Shown: positions 1 through 9,229 of the stretch, in pieces
Numbering within the stretch: the first letter of the stretch is position 1
How the letters are laid out: each line of letters opens with the position of its first letter
Virus record (IMG/VR): IMGVR_UViG_3300025652_000032
Location: 32,001-96,000 of that record
Reading direction: 5' to 3' (one strand)
DNA from: a virus
Length of the DNA: 64,000 nt
Position numbers and translations under genes: made by a program
The notes under the pieces: generated by a model
Told to the model about the DNA's origin: nothing
The model's database searches: none
The model's input: the letters and a program-made list of their open reading frames with translations, nothing else

Positions 1-527
1 GCTCCATCGACACGATGTCCGTTTCCATACACGTTGAAGTAACGAAAGGTGTTTACATTGAGATCGTTGCTGTAATACTCACACAATTGTTCAGCACAAT
101 ATTTTGACAGTGCATAGGGATTCAGTGTTGGTTTTAGATGAGAAGACTCACATTGAATTAGGTGATCACACTCATACACGGCAGAGGTAGAGGAAAAAAC
201 AACGCGATCCACTCCGCATTCTTTTGCCGTTTGTAAAACTCTATTTGTCCCTAGAATATTTTGTCTGGTTGTATGAACCGGATCTTTCAGTGAAACCTGA
301 ATGCTTGCTTCTGCTGCCATGTGAAAGATCGTGTCTACATTGTAGCGATCAATAACTTCGGTGAGTAGAGGAACATTGTTGATAGAACCAACATAATTTT
401 TAGCATCTGGGTGCCAAGTTCCGTGAGCGTTCTTGTCCAAACAAACAACTTCTCTTCCCTCAGAAAGAAGAGTCTGGACTAAGTTGCTACCAATAAATCC
501 GGCACCACCTGTAACTAAGTAACTCAT
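1..527 (-). CDS. NAD-dependent epimerase/dehydratase (SDR), truncated by left window edge
   Basis: Translated by hand (missing from the ORF track): MSYLVTGGAGFIGSNLV (GxxGxxG), HMAA, FSSTSAVY, YALSK (YxxxK), FRYFNVYG. Its ATG overlaps the upstream stop (ATGA, 524-527). Confidence 0.9.
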   Translation of the reverse strand, partial: MSYLVTGGAGFIGSNLVQTLLSEGREVVCLDKNAHGTWHPDAKNYVGSINNVPLLTEVIDRYNVDTIFHMAAEASIQVSLKDPVHTTRQNILGTNRVLQTAKECGVDRVVFSSTSAVYECDHLIQCESSHLKPTLNPYALSKYCAEQLCEYYSNDLNVNTFRYFNVYGNGHRVDG

Positions 528-1207
528 TTCGGGCCCTCACAAACGTATGTCACCTTGTAATCAGAAGAAGTTGCAATCTGATCACTGAAACTCTTGTATA
601 CTTTATAATAGAATCCCACCGAGGAGAGAACTGTTTCCAGTTCTTCATTTGTCCATATCTTATGAGTCACTGTATACGGCGTCTCTCGGAAAATTCCATT
701 CAACTTCATCGTGTTGTTGGTGTAGTCAGTTTCCGGGATTAAGGTTAACTCGGGAGTATATACCTCTCGGGGTTCATCCTCAACAAAAGCGTCATGATTA
801 AAACAATCAAATACAAAAATACCGGAAGACTCTAGTTTGAGTGATACTGACTCCACAAAGGATTTGAGTTCTTTCATGTCACGAATGTGATTAATCACAT
901 TGAATAAACTTACCACAAGAGGAACTCTGACACTAATATCAGACACAGTGCCAATGATCAAATGTGGATTGTATTTCTGTAATTTGTCTCTTGCTATTTC
1001 AATCATAGACGAGGAGGGATCTACTCCATGAACTTCATATCCTCTCTTACAAAATTCTTGCAAGTGACTACCAGTTCCACATCCAATATCCAGAACCTTG
1101 GTTTGAACGGGATCAAGATCGATAACATAATCTACCTCACCAGAGTAATCTTTCTGTGAGTGTAAACTATCGTAAATGGAAACTGATATGTTGTTGTACT
1201 CAGACAT
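524..1207 (-). CDS. Class I SAM-dependent methyltransferase, TylM1/DesVI-like (putative amino-sugar N-methyltransferase)
   Basis: Motif I VLDIGCGTGSHL, VDPSSSMIEIA. N-terminal YDSLHSQKDYSGE resembles the YDLxH..KDY..E of sugar N,N-dimethyltransferases. Likely start MSEYN at 1207 (track ORF starts at 1225). Confidence 0.8.
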   Translation of the reverse strand: MSEYNNISVSIYDSLHSQKDYSGEVDYVIDLDPVQTKVLDIGCGTGSHLQEFCKRGYEVHGVDPSSSMIEIARDKLQKYNPHLIIGTVSDISVRVPLVVSLFNVINHIRDMKELKSFVESVSLKLESSGIFVFDCFNHDAFVEDEPREVYTPELTLIPETDYTNNTMKLNGIFRETPYTVTHKIWTNEELETVLSSVGFYYKVYKSFSDQIATSSDYKVTYVCEGPK

Positions 1208-2126
1208 TAGAATATTGATTATCAAACTTAATTACAGAGATTCCTTGTGCCAGTTCGGAGATACCAGAATCCAGATCGATTGTAGTGTCAAACCCAAGAG
1301 AAGCGATCTTATCGTAAGACACAACATAGTCTCTCTTGTCGGCATCCTCGCCAATATCTGCAAGATGTAGGAAGTATGGAACCACCTCGTTAATCTTTTC
1401 GCATACCTCTTTCTTGCTAAAGTTCATCTTATCACTACCGACATTATACACATTACCAATCATCTTGTCAAGATTTTCAAGGGCAAACATGAAAGATCTT
1501 GCGATATCATAAACATGAATAAATGTCCGCATGAAGTGTGATTCATACACAACAATGTATCTGTCTTTCACTGCCTTCTTTGTAAAATCATTCACAAGAA
1601 GATCTAGTCTAAGTCTCGGTGAAAGACCAAAGGCAGTAGCAAACCTATAAGCAACAGCGTTTGAGTTGTTCATAATATACTGCTCTGCTTCTGTTTTTGT
1701 TGTGCCATAAATACTTAACGGATTGAGTGGACTTTCCTCGGTACAGATGCCGTCCACTCTACCATAATTACTTCCAGTAGATCCAAACAGTATGATCTGA
1801 TCGTCGTTCAGCATGTCAACCAAAGACTTAGTTGCCTCTAAATTCACAGCGGTAGTGATCGCATGATCTTTTTCGCAGGCGGGATACCCGACGATCGCAG
1901 CGAGGTGAATTACAACATCCTTACCCTCGACAACAGATCTCAACTTCTCAGTATCTCTAATGTCTCCCTCGACGAGACTGAAGTTTTTGTTCTTAAAGTG
2001 TGGGAACATACTATTCCCACCGAAAAGTAATGCGTCGTAAACACATACTTCATGTCCTGCGGCCAGTAATTCTGGAACTAAAGTGCTTCCAAGATAACCC
2101 GCACCACCCGTCACTAAAATTTTCAT
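1200..2126 (-). CDS. NAD-dependent epimerase/dehydratase (extended SDR)
   Basis: MKILVTGGAGYLGS, HLAAIVG, YGTTK (YxxxK), YRFATAFGLSPRLRLDLLVN. Confidence 0.9.
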   Translation of the reverse strand: MKILVTGGAGYLGSTLVPELLAAGHEVCVYDALLFGGNSMFPHFKNKNFSLVEGDIRDTEKLRSVVEGKDVVIHLAAIVGYPACEKDHAITTAVNLEATKSLVDMLNDDQIILFGSTGSNYGRVDGICTEESPLNPLSIYGTTKTEAEQYIMNNSNAVAYRFATAFGLSPRLRLDLLVNDFTKKAVKDRYIVVYESHFMRTFIHVYDIARSFMFALENLDKMIGNVYNVGSDKMNFSKKEVCEKINEVVPYFLHLADIGEDADKRDYVVSYDKIASLGFDTTIDLDSGISELAQGISVIKFDNQYSNV

Positions 2127-2332
2127 ATTGTTTGCCTTCCCATTTTTATTTTGTTCCAGATTCTTTCGTAAAAATAGTAAACGAAAAATCCGGTAAGATT
2201 CATTAACAATGCGTTCATTAGTGCCTCACTAGAAACACCAGATAATAAAACCAAGTAACTATTCAGTATCGCAACAATCCTCCAAAGGATAGTTTTTGTT
2301 ATACTTCGAGTTTTGGTTTCCTTGAATGACAT
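2123..2332 (-). CDS. DUF2061-like small membrane protein
   Basis: ETKTRSITKTILWRIVA...FYYFYERIWNKIKMGR pattern with two hydrophobic segments; start MSFKE at 2332 (TGATG overlap). Confidence 0.7.
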   Translation of the reverse strand: MSFKETKTRSITKTILWRIVAILNSYLVLLSGVSSEALMNALLMNLTGFFVYYFYERIWNKIKMGRQTI

Positions 2333-2835
2333 CAGCGTCCTATGACCGACCAATCAATAACATATGGATCAATTCTTAAATCGTCATTCATTGCTTCCTC
2401 GAACCGAAGATTGCTGAGTGATGTAAGAACAGTTCTATCTTCAAGACTAATCCAACCATTAGCATACAACGGAGGGACATACAAGACTGCATGATGTCGA
2501 TCACTCATGATAAAAGTCTGAACACTATCTGGATTGTCTTTGGCATACTGGGCAATCTCTTCTCTATCATTTCGATCAGCAACTTCCTCTGGAAGTTTGA
2601 GTGTCTGGAATTTTGCGGCACCACATGCGATAGTAAAAATCTTGGCCTCTAATTTGTGATAGTGCAGTCCCCGGATAACGCCTTTGCCGTAGTCTCCAAC
2701 AACATAACACCTACGAAAAAGTTCGTGATCAATGTCGTCAGTGATCGGTACTAGATAACCCCGATCATCTGATATCGATGGCACCTTTAGTAAAGTTGGT
2801 TCTGTAACACCAGAGTGAATTTTGTACATTATCAA
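2332..2835 (-). CDS. Cupin-fold nucleotide-sugar isomerase/epimerase (RmlC / FdtA-QdtA 3,4-ketoisomerase superfamily)
   Basis: DDRGYL, GVIRGLHYH, LYVPPLYANGW. Start is ATG 2829 or TTG 2835. Confidence 0.8.
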   Translation of the reverse strand: MIMYKIHSGVTEPTLLKVPSISDDRGYLVPITDDIDHELFRRCYVVGDYGKGVIRGLHYHKLEAKIFTIACGAAKFQTLKLPEEVADRNDREEIAQYAKDNPDSVQTFIMSDRHHAVLYVPPLYANGWISLEDRTVLTSLSNLRFEEAMNDDLRIDPYVIDWSVIGR

Positions 2836-3947
2836 TGTCTCCCATAATATTTTTTGATTGTATCACATACATGCTGAACTTGATCTGGTTCCAGTGCCGC
2901 ATATGATGGTAAACAAACTCCTTTGTTATATGCAGTCACTGTATTATCGAAGGAGTATTTTCTATACCTTCTATGCTTTATGTATCTCTTGAAACATGGT
3001 TGCATGTGTAGTGGGTAGAAAAATGTTCTAGGTTCGATTTCCTGTTCACTCATAAAAGACATGAGTTTTTCTGAGGACTCTTCTTTGACTTGTAACACTA
3101 CTCGGAATGGGATGAACGATGTTATGTTTTCGTTTGGTTGTACTACTTCGACTTCATCAACATCACACAGCATCTCGGTATACATCGCATGAACTTTACG
3201 TTTTAAATCAACAATGCGATCAAACTTATTTAACTGTGAAAGACCTAGTGAGGTTTGAAGATCTGTCATTCTAAAATTATATCCAATCTCCGGGTGAATG
3301 AAAGATCCCCTGTCGAGTCTTCCCTGATTTCTCAGGTACTTAAGACTCTCCGCAAACTTTTCATTGTTCGTTGTAACATAACCACCTTCTGCTGTTGTGA
3401 TTGTCTTGTCTGCGAAAAACGAAAAACAAGATATATCACCAAAACTACCACACGGTTGTCCCTTCCACTCGATGCCAAGTGCCTGTGCTGAATCTTCAAT
3501 GAAGATCAACTTATACTTTTCGGCAAAACTTCGAACCTTATCCATGTCACAACAAAACCCATACAAGTGTGCTGGCATAATCGCCTTGGTTCGTCGGGTG
3601 ATTAGTTTGACACATGAGTCTGGATCTAATTGAAAGGTATCTTTGTCTATGTCCGCAAAAACAGGAGTTGCTCCAGTCATCTCAACGGCGTTTGCTGTAG
3701 CGATGAAAGTAAAATCTGGAACAATGACCTCATCACCCTTACCAATACCTGCTGCACGAAGTGCCAAGTAAAGTGCAAGCGTACCATTAGGTGCGAAGGA
3801 ACCATATGAAGTGTTCGTCATTGATCGGAGTCGTTCATCAAACTCCTTAGACTTTGGACCTTCTGTTATCCAATTCATTTCAAAAGATTGTCTTAGTGCC
3901 TCGTAATCTTCCATGTCCACATAAGGCATAAACTGGGGTACTTTCAT
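2832..3947 (-). CDS. DegT/DnrJ/EryC1/StrS PLP-dependent sugar aminotransferase
   Basis: NGTLALYLAL, GDEVIVPDFTFIATANAV, EDSAQALG, SFFADKTITTAEGG (PLP Lys), GYNFRMTDLQ; likely start MKVPQ at 3947. Confidence 0.95.
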   Translation of the reverse strand: MKVPQFMPYVDMEDYEALRQSFEMNWITEGPKSKEFDERLRSMTNTSYGSFAPNGTLALYLALRAAGIGKGDEVIVPDFTFIATANAVEMTGATPVFADIDKDTFQLDPDSCVKLITRRTKAIMPAHLYGFCCDMDKVRSFAEKYKLIFIEDSAQALGIEWKGQPCGSFGDISCFSFFADKTITTAEGGYVTTNNEKFAESLKYLRNQGRLDRGSFIHPEIGYNFRMTDLQTSLGLSQLNKFDRIVDLKRKVHAMYTEMLCDVDEVEVVQPNENITSFIPFRVVLQVKEESSEKLMSFMSEQEIEPRTFFYPLHMQPCFKRYIKHRRYRKYSFDNTVTAYNKGVCLPSYAALEPDQVQHVCDTIKKYYGRH

Positions 3948-3948
3948 T

Positions 3949-4731
3949 TTAAACTCGTCTCCTGTAGTACGAAGTAAATCCATTATCAATCGGTTTGTGT
4001 GTGTAGATTTTTTCCAACCCGGCGATCTCTGCTAGTTTGTCCATCGTATCAATGCTGAAAAAGTATAAGTGTTCGTTTGGGATTATATGTTTCCACAGCA
4101 CCTTTTCTTTTCTATGCGTGTCGCATTCGATATCGTGTGTTCCAATAACGATGATCCCATCATCTTTCAGTCTTTTAGTTTTTTCCTGTAAAAACTTTAT
4201 AGGATCGGATATGTGTTCTATCACATTAAAACTACAGATGATATCAAAGTCTTCGTTATCGTAATCATGCAAGAGTGATCGAGAAAGATTAACTTCATAT
4301 TTATCAACACCGTAGTCAATATCAAACTGGTTGAGATCTATACCATATGCATCGAACCCTGCCTTTTTTGCTGCGTTGACTAAGAATCCCTGACTACAAC
4401 CGACATCTAGAAATTTACCCGAGTGTCTATTTACATTTTTCTGTATGAAAGAAATTCTTTCGTCAGAAATAAACTCGAAGTCATCAACTCTATCCTGTAT
4501 GTCCAATTCACCTACGCTAGTTTGATAGTCTTGCCAGTAGTTGTTTTCATAAACATCAATCATGGACTCCCTAAGATTTCTTGGGTGACAATAAATCAAC
4601 GAACAACAATCACACTTAACGATATCCCGTCGTTCACCAATTTGCTTGTGTGTCGGTATATCATCAAACGAATAAACAGGAGAGAAGTTCTCCGATCCAC
4701 ATAGTAAACATGTATTACTCTCTTCTATCAT
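3949..4731 (-). CDS. Class I SAM methyltransferase with N-terminal Zn-finger (sugar O/C-methyltransferase-like)
   Basis: CLLCGS...CDCC zinc ligands, FLDVGCSQGFL, NVIEHISDP, PNEHLYFF; likely start MIEES at 4731 (ATGA overlap). Confidence 0.85.
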   Translation of the reverse strand: MIEESNTCLLCGSENFSPVYSFDDIPTHKQIGERRDIVKCDCCSLIYCHPRNLRESMIDVYENNYWQDYQTSVGELDIQDRVDDFEFISDERISFIQKNVNRHSGKFLDVGCSQGFLVNAAKKAGFDAYGIDLNQFDIDYGVDKYEVNLSRSLLHDYDNEDFDIICSFNVIEHISDPIKFLQEKTKRLKDDGIIVIGTHDIECDTHRKEKVLWKHIIPNEHLYFFSIDTMDKLAEIAGLEKIYTHKPIDNGFTSYYRRRV

Positions 4732-5600
4732 AGACTGTCTATTGCTTTTTTTATAGTGGGCCACATATTGTATTCGTTTAAGATTAGTTGCCTTGCTTCG
4801 GAAACCGCATCAAGTCTGTCATCATAGTCACTTGGATCATTCACGATATCCAAAAGTCTGTCTATTTCATTGTAGTCATCAACATCAAATCTGTCAAATG
4901 ATTTCTCTGGAAAATATTCAGAATTACCTCCGCCCCAGAAAAAAGGAACAGACCAACACAACATGGCATCAGTGAATTGAGTACCGAAGAAATTTGTAAT
5001 CGTATTTTGATTATCGTATGTCAAACTGTATTTGTAATCCAACAGACCAGTTCTTTTATCATTGTTTTCTAATGCACCATTTGCAAAAGAAACGCCACCA
5101 TATAAGTCTAACTTGTCTGGGTGTCTTTCAATAAACTCACGGGTAAACTTTTTGCGTTTTACATGACCGTAGTTCATCTCTTTGTCGGATAGAATACAGG
5201 CGAAGTTCTTGGTCTTCGTTGGTGGTTCTTGGTTCATCAGTTCATCATAAGTATACCCAATGCCTCCACTGTGAACGCTAGGGTATCGCCACTTCACCCA
5301 TAAATGACCTGTGTCATTCCAGAAGGAGAAATGTCTACAGTCACTTTCGTGGTATCGATTTATTTCATTCGGAGTTAGGGCCTCCCTCGAAAAGTACAGT
5401 CTTTGTTCGGGTTCAAACTTAGACCATAGAGACATATCACACAAGTCTTGCACGATGAGATAATCGGCACTATTTGAATCAAATGTGTATTCAATGTCTT
5501 CCCACACACCCGACGACTCTGGTGTCTGGTGTCTGTAATCTTCTACCATCTTCTCACTGGAAAGTCCCCAGTTCGGGGCAAAATAAATTTTCTTAGTCAC
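4728..5600 (-). CDS. GT10 (fucosyltransferase-like) glycosyltransferase, divergent
   Basis: C-terminal DKRTGLLDYKYSLTYDN...TDAMLCWSVPFFWG matches the GT10 YKFxLxFEN...DA...PIYWG motif; GTG start in GTGA overlap. Confidence 0.7.
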   Translation of the reverse strand: MTKKIYFAPNWGLSSEKMVEDYRHQTPESSGVWEDIEYTFDSNSADYLIVQDLCDMSLWSKFEPEQRLYFSREALTPNEINRYHESDCRHFSFWNDTGHLWVKWRYPSVHSGGIGYTYDELMNQEPPTKTKNFACILSDKEMNYGHVKRKKFTREFIERHPDKLDLYGGVSFANGALENNDKRTGLLDYKYSLTYDNQNTITNFFGTQFTDAMLCWSVPFFWGGGNSEYFPEKSFDRFDVDDYNEIDRLLDIVNDPSDYDDRLDAVSEARQLILNEYNMWPTIKKAIDSL

Positions 5601-6463
5601 ACCATCTCCTCAATCTCAGGAACACTATACAATTCTACTTCGTTTGAATATGGTCCATCCTCTAGAATCTTTTCGTGTAGGTTCTCGCCCTTCTGAAGTC
5701 CTATCGTTTTGATCTTCAATTCCCCATCTGAAGGAAGATATTTGTTTGCCATTGCCTGTAAGAGATCTTCAATTTTCATCGCTTTCATATCCGGACAATA
5801 CGGAGTTGTGTCTGTTGAATTTTCGAGACAAGAGAAAATTAAATCAATGGCCTGTTCGCGGGTCCAGAAAAACCTAGTAGCAGACGGATCGGTTACAATA
5901 ACCTCTTTGTTTTGTGAAAGAAGATCTCTCCATTTACAAAGAACAGAACCAGTGGAGTACAGAACATTCCCATAACGGACAATTCTATAATTTGTGTTTG
6001 GGTTTATTCTGGCATATTCATGGAACAGTCCCTCCATGAGAAGTTTCGTTGCACCGTACATGCCCACGACTTGTGCTGCTTTGTCTGTGCTGATTCCCAG
6101 TACAAAGTCTAAGGATTTTCCTAGAGTTAAATCAAGTAGGTTCATGCTCCCTACCGTATTACTGGCAATACATTCTCGCGTATGGGTTTCCGCCATACCA
6201 ACATGCTTGAATGCTGCTAAATGAAACACACCAGAAACATCTGCAATCGTCTTGTGTAAACAATGGGGATGTGAAATATCACCGGGAACAATTTCTAACC
6301 ACGGGAACTTTTGCTTGGTTTGTACTAAGTTTCCCTCGTTTCGAGATACAGTTACCACATTAGTACAACCGAAATCTTCTAGTCTAGCAAGAAGTGCCTC
6401 ACCAAGAAATCCAGAAGCACCAGTTACCAAATACTTTTTATCAGGACTAATAACACTCATCAT
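5597..6463 (-). CDS. NDP-sugar 4,6-dehydratase (CapD/PseB, Polysacc_synt_2 family)
   Basis: LVTGASGFLG, HLAAFKHV, STDKA, YGATKLLME, VRYGNVLYSTGSV, GLQKGENLHE; likely start 6463. Confidence 0.9.
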   Translation of the reverse strand: MMSVISPDKKYLVTGASGFLGEALLARLEDFGCTNVVTVSRNEGNLVQTKQKFPWLEIVPGDISHPHCLHKTIADVSGVFHLAAFKHVGMAETHTRECIASNTVGSMNLLDLTLGKSLDFVLGISTDKAAQVVGMYGATKLLMEGLFHEYARINPNTNYRIVRYGNVLYSTGSVLCKWRDLLSQNKEVIVTDPSATRFFWTREQAIDLIFSCLENSTDTTPYCPDMKAMKIEDLLQAMANKYLPSDGELKIKTIGLQKGENLHEKILEDGPYSNEVELYSVPEIEEMV

Positions 6464-7257
6464 CAATCTCCATAAATCAAAGTCAACCAATCACGATCAG
6501 TCCACTCTTGTTTAAAATTACCAATTTCTTCAGGTCTATCACCATAAAGTTCTTTTACTTTATTTATATCTTCTTCTCGCATACCAAGAACATTCAATTT
6601 TCCGCGATATGCATTATCACTAATCAATTCAATCTTCTTAACACACCATCGATCGGCCGATCCTAGAATTTTATATCCATCACCCTCTGCTGATCGGCCT
6701 CCTATTATTTCCCAGTCATGTATTGACCAATCCCGTTGTAGATTTTTTAGAAAATATTTTCTGTTCCATATGGAGATTTGTCCTGTTATCCTATAGATAA
6801 ATGAAGTTACAGATCTTTGTCGAAGTTCTAAAATTTTAAAATCACCAAAGTCTTTGTAAACACTCACATCTTCTGGATTTCTGGCGTGTTGAATTGAAGG
6901 TTGCAAGTCTATTCTCCCAACCTTCTCATCATCAATTTCTTTCAATAGAGTTTCGTACACTTCTCGATCAAAAGGTCTTGCCATGTAGTAATCATCAATA
7001 CCAAAAATGAAATGCTCGTCATCGATCGACTCGAAAAAATCTATGATATAATTAGACCAACCCTTTGATCGACCCACTTGTTCTTCTGCCATAGAGATAA
7101 ATTCAAAATTGGAGGGCAGTTCAAAATCAGGTTCCGAAAATCCCAAAACCTTAACTTCGAAATCCTCGCCCCAATACTTGTTGAAAAAATATGCAAATCC
7201 TTCTATTGCAAATAAATGAGGATCACATGTTGCGATGTATACTTTAAGATTTTTCAT
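6463..7257 (-). CDS. Putative GT-A glycosyltransferase
   Basis: VYIATCD start, FIFGIDDYY acidic motif, island context; no family recognised. Confidence 0.5.
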   Translation of the reverse strand: MKNLKVYIATCDPHLFAIEGFAYFFNKYWGEDFEVKVLGFSEPDFELPSNFEFISMAEEQVGRSKGWSNYIIDFFESIDDEHFIFGIDDYYMARPFDREVYETLLKEIDDEKVGRIDLQPSIQHARNPEDVSVYKDFGDFKILELRQRSVTSFIYRITGQISIWNRKYFLKNLQRDWSIHDWEIIGGRSAEGDGYKILGSADRWCVKKIELISDNAYRGKLNVLGMREEDINKVKELYGDRPEEIGNFKQEWTDRDWLTLIYGD

Positions 7258-8498
7258 ATCACTTCCTCCATCAACTGAATGTCCCGAACATCTTTGGGTT
7301 CGTTTCTTTTTTCCTTTAGTTCTCGTATCACACCAAGAGATGCAACTTTAACACCATCATACCAGAAGTGATTCTTTGGGTTGAACAGTATCTCATCTTT
7401 GCCCATTGTATATTTACTCAACTCTTCGTTGTGACTGTGGATCATATGATGGCCTTGAATATCAAGATCACGGTGTAGATAGTCTAGATCTTCTCCCTCT
7501 CGTAAACCATACAAGGAAAGAACAGAACTGGCAGTAACACAATAGTTCTCTGGATCTAAGTTGTTATCTCGGATGTAGTTTCTGTAATAGTCAAACATAC
7601 ACTGAAAAGAATTGTAATGAACATGCTTTGCATTGTTCATGTGATGAATACTATTTTCGTTATAGTATAGTCTTGCAATTCGCATCGTCTCTTCGTGTGT
7701 GTCGTTGATATGACACGAATGCTTTCCTATACCGAAGATGTTTCGGATAGATTCTTTCAACTGAACCATGTCTACAGACTCATGTGGTACAATCAAGAAA
7801 GAGAGAATGGGTGCAGTTGTGGTAAAACAAAGTTCTGCCTTGCGGGCAAACCCAGCAAAGTTTTGAGTCCATCCCAATCCCCAATCTTCGCCCAGATATA
7901 TCTGTCGGATGAGATTAAGAGGCGCATTGTTTTTCCAACCGAAAGACTTCACATAGACAACATCAGAAGTCTTGTTTAGCAGTTCCCATGCTGATTGAAT
8001 CTTTTCATTGTCGTGTGTCACGGAGGGGAACAAAGTGACAACTAATGTATTCGGAACCAGTCTTACATACTCAGTTGCCATCGCATCAAGATTAAACGTA
8101 GACAAACCCCTAGATGCAAACATACTGCTACTGCAATCTAATTGTCCTTCGTTTTCCGTTGCTTCGTGTGTATCAACTTCTTTGTCGTATAGTATAGATG
8201 CTGCAACTCTATGTGAACCATTTATCAGATAGTTCTCATAAACTGGTAGAGTTCCTTTGGTCGAATCAAACCCATCACTGGAAATTGAATCGAGTATGCC
8301 ATCGAAAGTAGATTTGAAACTCTCGAAAGTATTCTTGTTGGAGTTGTCTAATTCATCGAAACTGTTCCATGCATTTAGGTGTGATGCATATACATCCTCA
8401 CCAAAGGACGTATCATAACCTGCATCTCTATACCTTGCGTATAAGTGCTTTGCTGGAATGTCGAATCGATTATTCTTTAGAAGAGTCAGTGGGTTCAT
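7254..8498 (-). CDS. Multidomain protein: ParB/Srx-like + NDP-kinase-like + nucleotidyltransferase-like
   Basis: LINGSHRVAA; IRNIFGIGKHSCHINDTHEE; SSVLSLYGLREGEDLDYLH...KRNEPKDVRDI. Confidence 0.5.
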   Translation of the reverse strand: MNPLTLLKNNRFDIPAKHLYARYRDAGYDTSFGEDVYASHLNAWNSFDELDNSNKNTFESFKSTFDGILDSISSDGFDSTKGTLPVYENYLINGSHRVAASILYDKEVDTHEATENEGQLDCSSSMFASRGLSTFNLDAMATEYVRLVPNTLVVTLFPSVTHDNEKIQSAWELLNKTSDVVYVKSFGWKNNAPLNLIRQIYLGEDWGLGWTQNFAGFARKAELCFTTTAPILSFLIVPHESVDMVQLKESIRNIFGIGKHSCHINDTHEETMRIARLYYNENSIHHMNNAKHVHYNSFQCMFDYYRNYIRDNNLDPENYCVTASSVLSLYGLREGEDLDYLHRDLDIQGHHMIHSHNEELSKYTMGKDEILFNPKNHFWYDGVKVASLGVIRELKEKRNEPKDVRDIQLMEEVI

Positions 8499-9229
8499 AA
8501 CGAATTTAGTTTTTCATATGGTTGCCGTTCCTTCAGCAACTTTTCAATTCTCAATTGTTCATGTGGTACTTTACGGAAATCCGAATTTTCATTTTGTTCA
8601 TTGTAAACGTAAAGGGGTTCTGGGATGAAAACAAATCTGTCTCCAGACATCTCAAGCATTGGCCACATGAAGGTCAAATCACCAGCGGCCTTAAACCACT
8701 CTCCGTCTATGTCAATGAAGTCATCAGTATTTATGTTCAATACCAACTCCCGACGAAATGTTCTCAAGTGTGTTGCTCTCCAACGATCTTTACGGAATGC
8801 ATTATTGTTTACAATATCATCATGATAACGATCGTGACCCCAAACAGCAGTTCCAGAACTTGTCTTATACATCGAACCATATGACATCCACACATCTTCA
8901 GTGTAGTACCTATCAAGTGTTCCTAGAACATTGTCGTGAGGTAACCAGTCATCAAAGTCCAGAGTTACGATGATAGATCCTTCTCTGGCCATTTCAGATC
9001 CCTCGTATACATTTTGTGTTTGATACTTTCTAGTTTCGTTACGAACCACTTTCAGGTTTTCATATTTGTCTTGCTGCTCAAGAAGATATTCGTGAGTTCC
9101 ATCATCAGTCTGTGCATCGATTGCAATAACATCAAAGTTATCGTGCTTCTGTAGCAAGGCAGATTTTAGGGATTCTTCAATCCACGAACGGGAGTTGTGT
9201 CCCATCATCAAAATAGTGTAGTGATTCAT
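8495..9229 (-). CDS. GT2 family glycosyltransferase
   Basis: WIEESLKSALLQ, IDAQTDDGT, IIVTLDFDDWL, GDLTFMWPMLE, PLYVYN. Confidence 0.85.
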   Translation of the reverse strand: MNHYTILMMGHNSRSWIEESLKSALLQKHDNFDVIAIDAQTDDGTHEYLLEQQDKYENLKVVRNETRKYQTQNVYEGSEMAREGSIIVTLDFDDWLPHDNVLGTLDRYYTEDVWMSYGSMYKTSSGTAVWGHDRYHDDIVNNNAFRKDRWRATHLRTFRRELVLNINTDDFIDIDGEWFKAAGDLTFMWPMLEMSGDRFVFIPEPLYVYNEQNENSDFRKVPHEQLRIEKLLKERQPYEKLNSL

